Positions 52,101-64,000 of a stretch of 64,000 bases of DNA are shown here, piece by piece (position 1 is the first letter of the stretch; each line of letters opens with the position of its first letter). Origin of the DNA: Haplodiscus bocki (taxonomy: Eukaryota). Under the pieces are notes generated by a model. The model worked only from the letters and a program-made list of their open reading frames with translations, was not told the origin of the DNA and did not search any database. Position numbers and translations under genes: made by a program. The DNA is taken from positions 35,278,001 to 35,342,000 of the forward strand of contig OZ296659.1 in assembly GCA_965655095.1 (NCBI GenBank). Reading direction: 5' to 3'.

Positions 52101-55100
52101 CGTCATTCTGGGACTGCAAGACGTCTTTGTATTTTGTCATCGAGGACACAAATTGTAGCCCAGATTGGTGGAACTTTTCTGCTAACTCGATATGAATCTT
52201 CAGCACTGGCGAAAATCGAAGCTGATTGGGTTGTGTACCCTGTTTTTTCCCTTTATGCCAAAAAATCAATCTGAGTCGTTCTTTTCCTGACTCAGGAATC
52301 AAATATTTGACTTCACTGGAAACAACAATGTTCGCGGATACCCTTGGTGCGTTCCTTTTTTTAATTGGGAATGCTTGGGCCAATATCTTAATGTCTGAGA
52401 CAAATGCCTGCAATTCTATGCCCACAAGTATTAACTATCACCCAGAGGCTCACATGCACTTCTGTGCACAGGTGTGTTTGATTAAACGGAGTTACTCTAG
52501 CGATCACGTCTCCACTCGCTTTTCTTTCCGGACAGATACATCCAAAAACTTTGATGTGTTGGGTTTTTGAGACAAAACTACAGGCATTTTTAACAGTGAC
52601 TCTTTTTTAGTCATCAAAGTAACTTTTGCGAGCTGTTTCCGAAGATTTCATACAAAACCTTTTTCCGCATTTATCAGAGAGACTCGTTGATCATGATGAA
52701 ACATCATCGTCTCATAATTTGACAGTGCTTTTTGGCGAAGGGATCTGTTGCCATCAACTTCAGCAAGAGAGCAGTCGGGGGTCAAAAATAACCAGTCACT
52801 CCGACTGAAAAACAACTGATTCTTTTTGATAACTGTCATCAAAACTATAGAAATTCATCTGCGTTGGAAAATACATTCTCTTATCACGTAACTTTGTTGA
52901 AAATAAATTTGGAGAAGTTATATAAAAGTTAATACAAACATCTAGTCCGTGAAACTTGCTGTCAAAATAATGACAACATAAAATTAAAACTTTATAGCTG
53001 ATTCATTAGGTGAATGCAATCAAGGAATTAATTGATAACATCAGAATAAAAATCATCAACTTCGGATAGAAAATCCCCGTCTCCATTCCATTCTGTTGTG
53101 TTGCTAATTGAATATGTCCTTGCTTTGTTGACTGCTCTTCTATTTTTGGAGAAAGAGTTCTGGAACTTGTGATAAGGAAACTTGTATTTCACCCGAAGAG
53201 TGAAATTTCTGCTACTTATTTTTGAGTTAGATTTTGGAAACTGATCTCCAAAAATATAGCGTTTTAAAGATTAACGGAATTACTAACAACTACTAGCGAA
53301 ATTTCTCGAAATTGTTCTCGAGCGTTTTTCAACATACCACTCTGCTGACTTCAGAACGTCCATTTTTGAGACAGGAGGAAGAACGTAGACATGGGCCGGT
53401 TTCAATACGGGTTTTTTGTTCTCAGGAAGAAATACTGAAGTTGTAAACTTACTGAAGCTTTCGCTTGAAGTTCTGTTCAGTCCATTTCCTGGATCAAAGC
53501 CCAAGAATAGATACACGATTAGAAGGGCTAACGTCTGAATGCATGAACACCCTCTGCATCTGCTTTTGATCTCCCACCTTTTCTTTCAGAATCTTTTATG
53601 CAATCAGGGAGTCCCTTATTTCCCCAAATTGCCACTCTGAGGTACCTCCAATACTTCTCTTTGTTGCAACCAATGCAGCTTTTTTCTGGATTCTTGCCTT
53701 TTCAGATACTTCCATCGCTCGCCGTGGGCTCCTCCTTGTTCTGAATCAAGCTTGTGCTCTGACCTTTCGCTTTGCTGTCCGGCGGCATCTTTGAGGTAAA
53801 TCGATGCGGTTTCATTCAAACACGAATTGCTTCGACTTCCTAAAGAATTTCCTACCAGTTAATGAGAAGAAATGGAACCTGCCTTAACTTCAGGTAACTC
53901 AGAGCTAGCGCACAATGGTATAGACGTACTATAGTTTTCGCTAACAAGTGACTTGAGTGAAACACCTTTTTTTTGTAAATCCTCAATCTGGGACTGCAAG
54001 ACGTCTTTGAAATTTGTCAACAAGGACACAATTTGTAGCCCGGACTGTTGGATCTTTTCTGCTAACTCAATATATATTTGCAGCACTGGCGAAAATCGAA
54101 GCTGATTGGGTTGTGCACCCTATTTATCTCACTTTATGCCAAAAATTCAATCCGAGTCGTTATTTTTCTAACTCAGGAATCAAGTTTTTGATTTCACCGG
54201 AAACAACACTTCGCACATACTTTTCGTGTGTTCGTTTTTTTCAATTAGGAAGGCTTGGAGCAATATCTTAATGTCTAAGACAAATGCCTGCAACTTCTAT
54301 GCCCGCAAGTATTAACTATCACCCAGAGGCTCACATGCACTTCTGCGCACAGGTGTGCTTGATGAAACGGAGTTACTCTAGTGATCTCGACTCCACTCGC
54401 TTTTTTTCCGGACAGATACATCCAAAAACTTTGATGTGTTGGGTTTTTGAGACAAAACTACAGGCATTTTTAACAGTGACTCTTTTTTAGTCATCAAAGT
54501 AACTTTTGCGAGCTGTTTCCGAAGATTTCATACAAAATCTTTTTCCGCATTTATCAGAGAGACTCGTTGATCATGATGAAACATCATCGTCTCATAATTT
54601 GACAGTGCTTTTTGGCGAAGGGATCTGTTGCCATCAACGTCAGCAAGAGAGCAGTCGGGGGTCAAAAATAACCAGTCACTCCGACTGAAAAACAACTGAT
54701 TCTTTTTGATAACTGTAATCAAAACTATAGAAATTCATCTGCATTGGAAAATACATTTTCTTATCACGTAACTTTATTGAAAATAAATTTGGAGAAGTTA
54801 TATAAAAGTTAATACAACATTGAGTCCGTGAAACTTGCTGTCAAAATAATGACAACATAAAATTAAAACTTTATAGCTGATTCATTAGGTGAATGCAATC
54901 AAGGACTTATTTGATAACATCAGAATAAAAATCATCAACTTCGGATAGAAAATCCCCGTCTCCATTTCATTCTGTTGTGTTGCTAATTGAATATGTCCTT
55001 GCTTTGTTGACTGCTCTTCTATTTTTGGAGAAAGAGTTCTGGAACTTGTGATAAGGAAACTTGTATTTCACCCGAAGAGTGAAATTTCTGCTACTTATTT

Positions 55101-58100
55101 TTGAGTTAGATTTTGGAAACTGATCTCCAAAAATATAGCGTTTTAAAGATTAACGGAATTACTAACAACTACTAGCGAAATTTCTCGAAATTGTTCTCGA
55201 GCGTTTTTCAACATACCACTCTGCTGACTTCAGAACGTCCATTTTTGAGACAGGAGGAAGAACGTAGACATGGGCCGGTTTCGATACGGGTTTTTTGTTC
55301 TCAGGAAGAAATACTGAAGTTGTAAACTTACTGAAGCTTTCGCTTGAAGTTCTGTTCAGTCCATTTCCTGGATCAAAGCCCAAGAATAGATACACGATTA
55401 GAAGGGCTAACGTCTGAATGCATGAACACCCTCTGCATCTGCTTTTGATCTCCCACCTTTTCTTTCAGAATCTTTTATGCAATCAGGGAGTCCCTTATTT
55501 CCCCAAATTGCCACTCTGAGGTACCTCCAATACTTCTCTTTGTTGCAACCAATGCAGCTTTTTTCTGGATTCTTGCCTTTTCAGATACTTCCATCGCTCG
55601 CCGTGGGCTCCTCCTTGTTCTGAATCAAGCTTGTGCTCTGACCTTTCGCTTTGCTGTCCGGCGGCATCTTTGAGGTAAATCGATGCGGTTTCATTCAAAC
55701 ACGAATTGCTTCGACTTCCTGAAGAATTTCCTACCAGTTAATGAGAAGAAATGGAACCTGCCTTAACTTCAGGTAACTCAGAGCTAGCGCACAATGGTAT
55801 AGACGTACTATAGTTTTCGCTAACAAGTGACTTGAGTGAAACACCTTTTTTTTGTAAATCGTCAATCTGGGACTGCAAGACGTCTTTGAAATTTGTCAAC
55901 AAGGACACAATTTGTAGCCCGGACTGTTGGATCTTTTCTGCTAACTCAATATATATTTGCAGCACTGGCGAAAATCGAAGCTGATTGGGTTGTGCACCCT
56001 ATTTATCTCACTTTATTCCAAAAATTCAATCCGAGTCGTTGTTTTTCTAACTCAGGAATCAAGTTTTTGATTTCACCGGAAACAACACTTCGCACATACT
56101 TTTCGTGTGTTCGTTTTTTTTCAATTAGGAAGGCTTGGAGCAATATCTTAATGTCTAAGACAAATGCCTGCAACTTCTATGCCCGCAAGTATTAACTATC
56201 ACCCAGAGGCTCACATGCACTTCTGCGCACAGGTGTGCTTGATGAAACGGAGTTACTCTAGTGATCTCGACTCCACTCGCTTTTTTTCCGGACAGATACA
56301 TCCAAAAACTTTGATGTGTTGGGTTTTGGAGACAAAACTACAGGCATTTTTAACAGTTACTCTTTTTTAGTCATCAAAGCAACTTTTGCGAGCTGTTTCT
56401 GAAGATTTCATTCCACATCTTTTGCCGCATTCATCGGAGAAACTCGTTGATCATGAAACATCAATGTCCCATATTTTGACAGTGCCTTTTTGCAAAAAGA
56501 TCTGTTGCCATCAACTTCAGCAAGAGAGCAGTCGGGGGTCTAAAATAACCAGTCACTGGGACTGAAAAACAACTGATTCTTTTTGATAACTGTAATCAAA
56601 ACTATAGAAATTCATCTGCATTGGAAAATACATTTTCTTATCACGTAACTTTATTGAAAATAAATTTGGAGAAGTTATATAAAAGTTAATACAAACTTTG
56701 AGTCCGTGAAACTTGCTGTCAAAATAATGACAACATAAAATTAAAACTTTATAGCTGATTCATTAGGTGAATGCAATCAAGGAATTAATTGATAACATCA
56801 GAATAAAAATCATCAACTTCGGATAGAAAATCCCCGTCTCCATTTCATTCTGTTGTGTTGCTAATTGAATATGTCCTTGCTTTGTTGAGTGCTCTTCTGT
56901 TTTTGGAGAAAGAGTTCTGGAACTTGTGATAAGGAAACTTGTATTTCACCCGAAGAGTGAAATTTCTGCTACTTATTTTTGAGTTAGATTTTGGAAACTG
57001 ATCTCCAAAAATATAGCGTTTTAAAGATTAACGGAATTACTAACAACTACCAGCGAAATTTCTCGAAATTGTTCTCGAGCGTTTTTCAACATACCACTCT
57101 GCTGACTTCAGAATGTCCATTTTCGAGACAGGAGGAAGAACGTAGACATGGGCCGCTTTCGATACGGGTTTTTTGTTCTCAGGAAGAAATACTGAAGTTG
57201 TAAACTTACTGAAGCTTTCGCTTGAAGTTCTGTTCAGTCCATTTCCTGGATCAAAGCCCAAGAATAGATACACGATTAGAAGGGCTAACGTCTGAATGCA
57301 TCAACACCCTCTGCATCTGCTTTTGATCTCCCACCTTTTCTTTCAGAATCTTTTATGCAATCAGGGAGTCCCTTATTTCCCCAAATTGCCACTCTGAGGT
57401 ACCTCCAATACTTCTCTTTGTTGCAACCAATGCAGCTTTTTTCTGGATTCTTGCCTTTTCAGAAACTTCCATCGCTCGCCATGGGCTCCTCCTTGTTCTG
57501 AATCAAGCTTGTGCTCTGACCTTTCGCTTTGCTGTCCGGCGGCATCTTTGAGGTAAATCGATGCGGTTTCATTCAAACACGAATTGCTTCGACTTCCTAA
57601 AGAACTTCCTACCAGTTAATGAGAAGAAATGGAACCTGCCTTAACTTCAGGTAACTCAGAGCTAACGCACAATGGTATAGACGTACTATAGTTTTCGCTA
57701 ACAAGTGACTTGAGTGAAACACCTTTTTTTTGTAAATCGTCAATCTGGGACTGCAAGACGTCTTTGAAATTTGTCAACAAGGACACAATTTGTAGCCCGG
57801 ACTGTTGGATCTTTTCTGCTAACTCAATATATATTTGCAGCACTGGCGAAAATCGAAGCTGATTGGGTTGTGCACCCTATTTATCTCACTTTATGCCAAA
57901 AATTCAATCCAAGTCGTTATTTTTCCAACTCAGGAATCAAGTTTTTGATTTCACCGGAAACAACACTGTTCGCACATACTTTTCGTGTGTTCGTTTTTTT
58001 CAATTAGGAAGGCTTGGAGCAATATCTTAATGTCTAAGACAAATGCCTGCAACTTCTATGCCCGCAAGTATTAACTATCACCCAGAGGCTCACATGCACT

Positions 58101-61100
58101 TCTGCGCACAGGTGTGCTTGATGAAACGGAGTTACTTTAGTGATCTCGACTCCACTCGCTTTTTTTCCGGACAGATACATCCGAAAAGTTTGATGTGTTG
58201 GGTGTTTGAGACAAAACTACAGTCATTTTCATTTTCAACAGTGACTCCTTTTCAGTCATCGAAGCAACTTTTGCGAGCTGGTTTTGAAGAATTCATTCCA
58301 CATCTTTTGCCGCCTTCATCGGAGAAACTCGTTGATCATGATGAAACATCATCGTCTCATAATTTGACAGTGCTTTTTGGCGAAGGGATCTGTTGCCATC
58401 AACTTCAGCAAGAGAGCAGTCGGGGGTCAAAAATAACCATTCACTCCGACTGAAAAACAACTGATTCTTTTTGATAACTGTAATCAAAACTATAGAAATT
58501 CATCTGCATTGGAAAATACATTTTCTTATCACGTAACTTTATTGAAAATAAATTTGGAGAAGTTATATAAAAGTTAATACAAACATTGAGTCCGTGAAAC
58601 TTGCTGTCAAAATAATGACAACATAAAATTAAAACTTTATAGCTGATTCATTAGGTGAATGCAATCAAGGACTTAATTGATAACATCAGAATAAAAATCA
58701 TCAACTTCGGATAGAAAATCCCCGTCTCCATTTCATTCTGTTGTGTTGCTAATTGAATATGTCCTTGCTTTGTTGACTGCTCTTCTATTTTTGGAGAAAG
58801 AGTTCTGGAACTTGTGATAAGGAAACTTGTATTTCACCCGAAGAGTGAAATTTCTGCTACTTATTTTTGAGTTAGATTTTGGAAACTGATCTCCAAAAAT
58901 ATAGCGTTTTAAAGATTAACGGAATTACTAACAACTACTAGCGAAATTTCTCGAAATTGTTCTCGAGCGTTTTTCAACATACCACTCTGCTGACTTCAGA
59001 ATGTCCATTTTCGAGACAGGAGGAAGAACGTAGACATGGGCCGCTTTCGATACGGGTTTTTTGTTCTCAGGAAGAAATACTGAAGTTGTAAACTTACTGA
59101 AGCTTTCGCTTGAAGTTCTGTTCAGTCCATTTCCTGGATCAAAGCCCAAGAATAGATACACGATTAGAAGGGCTAACGTCTGAATGCATCAACACCCTCT
59201 GCATCTGCTTTTGATCTCCCACCTTTTCTTTCAGAATCTTTTATGCAATCAGGGAGTCCCTTATTTCCCCAAATTGCCACTCTGAGGTACCTCCAATACT
59301 TCTCTTTGTTGCAACCAATGCAGCTTTTTTCTGGATTCTTGCCTTTTCAGAAACTTCCATCGCTCGCCATGGGCTCCTCCTTGTTCTGAATCAAGCTTGT
59401 GCTCTGACCTTTCGCTTTGCTGTCCGGCGGCATCTTTGAGGTAAATCGATGCGGTTTCATTCAAACACGAATTGCTTCGACTTCCTAAAGAACTTCCTAC
59501 CAGTTAATGAGAAGAAATGGAACCTGCCTTAACTTCAGGTAACTCAGAGCTAACGCACAATGGTATAGACGTACTATAGTTTTCGCTAACAAGTGACTTG
59601 AGTGAAACACCTTTTTTTTGTAAATCGTGAATCTGGGACTGCAAGACGTCTTTGAAATTTGTCAACAAGGACACAATTTGTAGCCCGGACTGTTGGATCT
59701 TTTCTGCTAACTCAATATATATTTGCAACACTGGCGAAAATCGAAGCTGATTGGGTTGTGCACCCTATTTATCTCACTTTATGCCAAAAATTCAATCCAA
59801 GTCGTTATTTTTCCAACTCAGGAATCAAGTTTTTGATTTCACCGGAAACAACACTGTTCGCACATACTTTTCGTGTGTTCGTTTTTTTCAATTAGGAAGG
59901 CTTGGAGCAATATCTTAATGTCTAAGACAAATGCCTGCAACTTCTATGCCCGCAAGTATTAACTATCACCCAGAGGCTCACATGCACTTCTGCGCACAGG
60001 TGTGCTTGATGAAACGGAGTTACTTTAGTGATCTCGACTCCACTCGCTTTTTTTCCGGACAGATACATCCGAAAAGTTTGATGTGTTGGGTGTTTGAGAC
60101 AAAACTACAGTCATTTTCATTTTCAACAGTGACTCCTTTTCAGTCATCGAAGCAACTTTTGCGAGCTGGTTTTGAAGAATTCATTCCACATCTTTTGCCG
60201 CCTTCATCGGAGAAACTCGTTGATCATGATGAAACATCATCGTCTCATAATTTGACAGTGCTTTTTGGCGAAGGGATCTGTTGCCATCAACTTCAGCAAG
60301 AGAGCAGTCGGGGGTCAAAAATAACCATTCACTCCGACTGAAAAACAACTGATTCTTTTTGATAACTGTAATCAAAACTATAGAAATTCATCTGCATTGG
60401 AAAATACATTTTCTTATCACGTAACTTTATTGAAAATAAATTTGGAGAAGTTATATAAAAGTTAATACAAACATTGAGTCCGTGAAACTTGCTGTCAAAA
60501 TAATGACAACATAAAATTAAAACTTTATAGCTGATTCATTAGGTGAATGCAATCAAGGACTTAATTGATAACATCAGAATAAAAATCATCAACTTCGGAT
60601 AGAAAATCCCCGTCTCCATTTCATTCTGTTGTGTTGCTAATTGAATATGTCCTTGCTTTGTTGACTGCTCTTCTATTTTTGGAGAAAGAGTTCTGGAACT
60701 TGTGATAAGGAAACTTGTATTTCACCCGAAGAGTGAAATTTCTGCTACTTATTTTTGAGTTAGATTTTGGAAACTGATCTCCAAAAATATAGCGTTTTAA
60801 AGATTAACGGAATTACTAACAACTACTAGCGAAATTTCTCGAAATTGTTCTCGAGCGTTTTTCAACATACCACTCTGCTGACTTCAGAACGTCCATTTTT
60901 GAGACAGGAGGAAGAACGTAGACATGGGCCGGTTTCGATACGGGTTTTTTGTTCTCAGGAAGAAATACTGAAGTTGTAAACTTACTGAAGCTTTCGCTTG
61001 AAGTTCTGTTCAGTCCATTTCCTGGATCAAAGCCCAAGAATAGATACACGATTAGAAGGGCTAACGTCTGAATGCATGAACACCCTCTGCATCTGCTTTT

Positions 61101-64000
61101 GATCTCCCACCTTTTCTTTCAGAATCTTTTATGCAATCAGGGAGTCCCTTATTTCCCCAAATTGCCACTCTGAGGTACCTCCAATACTTCTCTTTGTTGC
61201 AACCAATGCAGCTTTTTTCTGGATTCTTGCCTTTTCAGATACTTCCATCGCTCGCCGTGGGCTCCTCCTTGTTCTGAATCAAGCTTGTGCTCTGACCTTT
61301 CGCTTTGCTGTCCGGCGGCATCTTTGAGGTAAATCGATGCGGTTTCATTCAAACACGAATTGCTTCGACTTCCTAAAGAATTTCCTACCAGTTAATGAGA
61401 AGAAATGGAACCTGCCTTAACTTCAGGTAACTCAGAGCTAGCGCACAATGGTATAGACGTACTATAGTTTTCGCTAACAAGTGACCTGAGTGAAACACCT
61501 TTTTTTTGTAAATCGTCAATCTGGGACTGCAAGACGTCTTTGAAATTTGTCAACAAGGACACAATTTGTAGCCCGGACTGTTGGATCTTTTCTGCTAACT
61601 CAATATATATTTGCAGCACTGGCGAAAATCGAAGCTGATTGGGTTGTGCACCCTATTTATCTCACTTTATTCCAAAAATTCAATCCGAGTCGTTATTTTT
61701 CTAACTCAGGAATCAAGTTTTTGATTTCACCGGAAACAACACTTCGCACATACTTTTCGTGTGTTCGTTTTTTTCAATTAGGAAGGCTTGGAGCAATATC
61801 TTAATGTCTAAGACAAATGCCTGCAACTTCTATGCCCGCAAGTATTAACTATCACCCAGAGGCTCACATGCACTTCTGCGCACAGGTGTGCTTGATGAAA
61901 CGGAGTTACTCTAGTGATCTCGACTCCACTCGCTTTTTTTCCGGACAGATACATCCAAAAACTTTGATGTGTTGGGTTTTGGAGACAAAACTACAGGCAT
62001 TTTTAACAGTTACTCTTTTTTAGTCATCAAAGCAACTTTTGCGAGCTGTTTCTGAAGATTTCATTCCACATCTTTTGCCGCATTCATCGGAGAAACTCGT
62101 TGATCATGAAACATCAATGTCCCATATTTTGACAGTGCCTTTTTGCAAAAAGATCTGTTGCCATCAACTTCAGCAAGAGAGCAGTCGGGGGTCTAAAATA
62201 ACCAGTCACTGGGACTGAAAAACAACTGATTCTTTTTGATAACTGTAATCAAAACTATAGAAATTCATCTGCATTGGAAAATACATTTTCTTATCACGTA
62301 ACTTTATTGAAAATAAATTTGGAGAAGTTATATAAAAGTTAATACAAACTTTGAGTCCGTGAAACTTGCTGTCAAAATAATGACAGCATAAAATTAAAAC
62401 TTTATAGCTGATTCATTAGGTGAATGCAATCAAGGAATTAATTGATAACATCAGAATAAAAATCATCAACTTCGGATAGAAAATCCCCGTCTCCATTTCA
62501 TTCTGTTGTGTTGCTAATTGAATATGTCCTTGCTTTGTTGACTGCTCTTCTGTTTTTGGAGAAAGAGTTCTGGAACTTGTGATAAGGAAACTTGTATTTC
62601 ACCCGAAGAGTGAAATTTCTGCTACTTATTTTTGAGTTAGATTTTGGAAACTGATCTCCAAAAATATAGCGTTTTAAAGATTAACGGAATTACTAACAAC
62701 TACCAGCGAAATTTCTCGAAATTGTTCTCGAGCGTTTTTCAACATACCACTCTGCTGACTTCAGAACGTCCATTTTCGAGACAGGAGGAAGAACGTAGAC
62801 ATGGGCCGCTTTCGATACGGGTTTTTTGTTCTCAGGAAGAAATACTGAAGTTGTAAACTTACTGAAGCTTTCGCTTGAAGTTCTGTTCAGTCCATTTCCT
62901 GGATCAAAGCCCAAGAATAGATACACGATTAGAAGGGCTAACGTCTGAATGCATCAACACCCTCTGCATCTGCTTTTTTGATCTCCCACCTTTTCTTTCA
63001 GAATCTTTTATGCAATCAGGGAGTCCCTTATTTCCCCAAATTGCCACTCTGAGGTACCTCCAATACTTCTCTTTGTTGCAACCAATGCAGCTTTTTTCTG
63101 GATTCTTGCCTTTTCAGAAACTTCCATCGCTCGCCATGGGCTCCTCCTTGTTCTGAATCAAGCTTGTGCTCTGACCTTTCGCTTTGCTGTCCGGCGGCAT
63201 CTTTGAGGTAAATCGATGCGGTTTCATTCAAACACGAATTGCTTCGACTTCCTAAAGAACTTCCTACCAGTTAATGAGAAGAAATGGAACCTGCCTTAAC
63301 TTCAGGTAACTCAGAGCTAACGCACAATGGTATAGACGTACTATAGTTTTCGCTAACAAGTGACTTGAGTGAAACACTTTTTTTTGTAAATCGTCAATCT
63401 GGGACTGCAAGACGTCTTTGAAATTTGTCAACAAGGACACAATTTGTAGCCCGGACTGTTGGATCTTTTCTGCTAACTCAATATATATTTGCAGCACTGG
63501 CGAAAATCGAAGCTGATTGGGTTGTGCACCCTATTTATCTCACTTTATGCCAAAAATTCAATCCAAGTCGTTATTTTTCTAACTCAGGAATCAAGTTTTT
63601 GATTTCACCGGAAACAACACTGTTCGCACATACTTTTCGTGTGTTCGTTTTTTTCAATTAGGAAGGTTTGGAGCAATATCTTAATGTCTAAGACAAATGC
63701 CTGCAACTTCTATGCCCGCAAGTATTAACTATCACCCAGAGGCTCACATGCACTTCTGCGCACAGGTGTGCTTGATGAAACGGAGTTACTCTAGTGATCT
63801 CGACTCCACTCGTTTTTTTTCCGGACAGATACATCCGAAAAGTTTGATGTGTTGGGTGTTTGAGACAAAACTACAGTCATTTTCATTTTCAACAGTGACT
63901 CCTTTTCAGTCATCGAAGCAACTTTTGCGAGCTGGTTCTGTAGAATTCATTCCACATCTTTTGCCGCCTTCATCGGAGAAACTCGTTGATCATGATGAAA
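28118..64000. repeat. Tandem macrosatellite array, about 19 monomers of about 1.88 kb (three 2098-bp variants), continuing past the window end
   Basis: The anchor ttaactatcacc.a.aggctcacatgcacttctgcgcac recurs at about 28134, 29320, 31075, 32948, 34830, 36928, 38819, 40700, 42798, 44896, 46785, 48665, 50550, 52431, 54312, 56192, 58071, 59959, 61845 and 63725. The ORF track repeats with the same periods. Confidence 0.98.
45470..47200 (-). pseudogene. Representative array monomer: eroded gene with a coiled-coil-like segment and putative BEN-like domain
   Basis: ORF-track pieces (NTVIKK..., TKKESLL..., LQAFVSDIK..., NETASIYLKD...) lie in one frame in the consensus. Most separating stops are sense codons in some other copy. 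KYWRYLRVAIWGNEGL (intact e.g. at 28.6, 36.0 and 42.0 kb; frameshifted in this copy) resembles a BEN-domain helix. Confidence 0.55.

Noticed and set aside
58043-58453. Plus-strand array ORFs (MPATSMPASINYHPEAH..., MKFCSVHFLDQ...) as real genes or TCP11 exons
   Set aside because: No TCP11 similarity, lengths vary between copies through frameshifts, and they are best explained as antisense shadows of the minus-strand frame.
28118-64000. CRISPR array or rDNA/histone/snRNA tandem cluster
   Set aside because: Units are about 1.9 kb with no short repeat-unique spacer pattern. I recognised no rRNA, 5S, tRNA, snRNA or histone sequence in the monomer.

Overview
AT-rich, repeat-dense animal (probably invertebrate) nuclear DNA, not prokaryotic. 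Six in-phase GT-AG exons (3464-23321, + strand) encode the N-terminal and central part of a TCP11/TCP11-like (SOK1 family) protein. Its start exon and 3' exons were not found in the window. The introns hold decayed mobile DNA, with all protein-coding remnants on the - strand: a Tc3-like DD34E transposase (about 10.0-11.0 kb), a degenerate Maverick/Polinton (adintovirus-like) element with recognisable packaging ATPase, integrase, minor capsid, PW-like and major capsid remnants (about 13.2-20.3 kb), and a very old Gypsy-like LTR remnant (about 25.2-28.0 kb). Several MITEs and a perfect 53-bp hairpin are also present. From about 28,118 to the window end lies a tandem array of about 19 monomers of about 1.88 kb, with 2.1-kb variants and 3-mer higher-order repeats. 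Combining copies shows that each monomer carries one long, eroded minus-strand reading frame with a coiled-coil-like stretch and a motif resembling a BEN domain. The array therefore looks like an amplified, decaying gene array (gene-derived macrosatellite), apparently inside a >40-kb intron of the TCP11-like gene. All homology calls are by eye from translations; no database searches were run.
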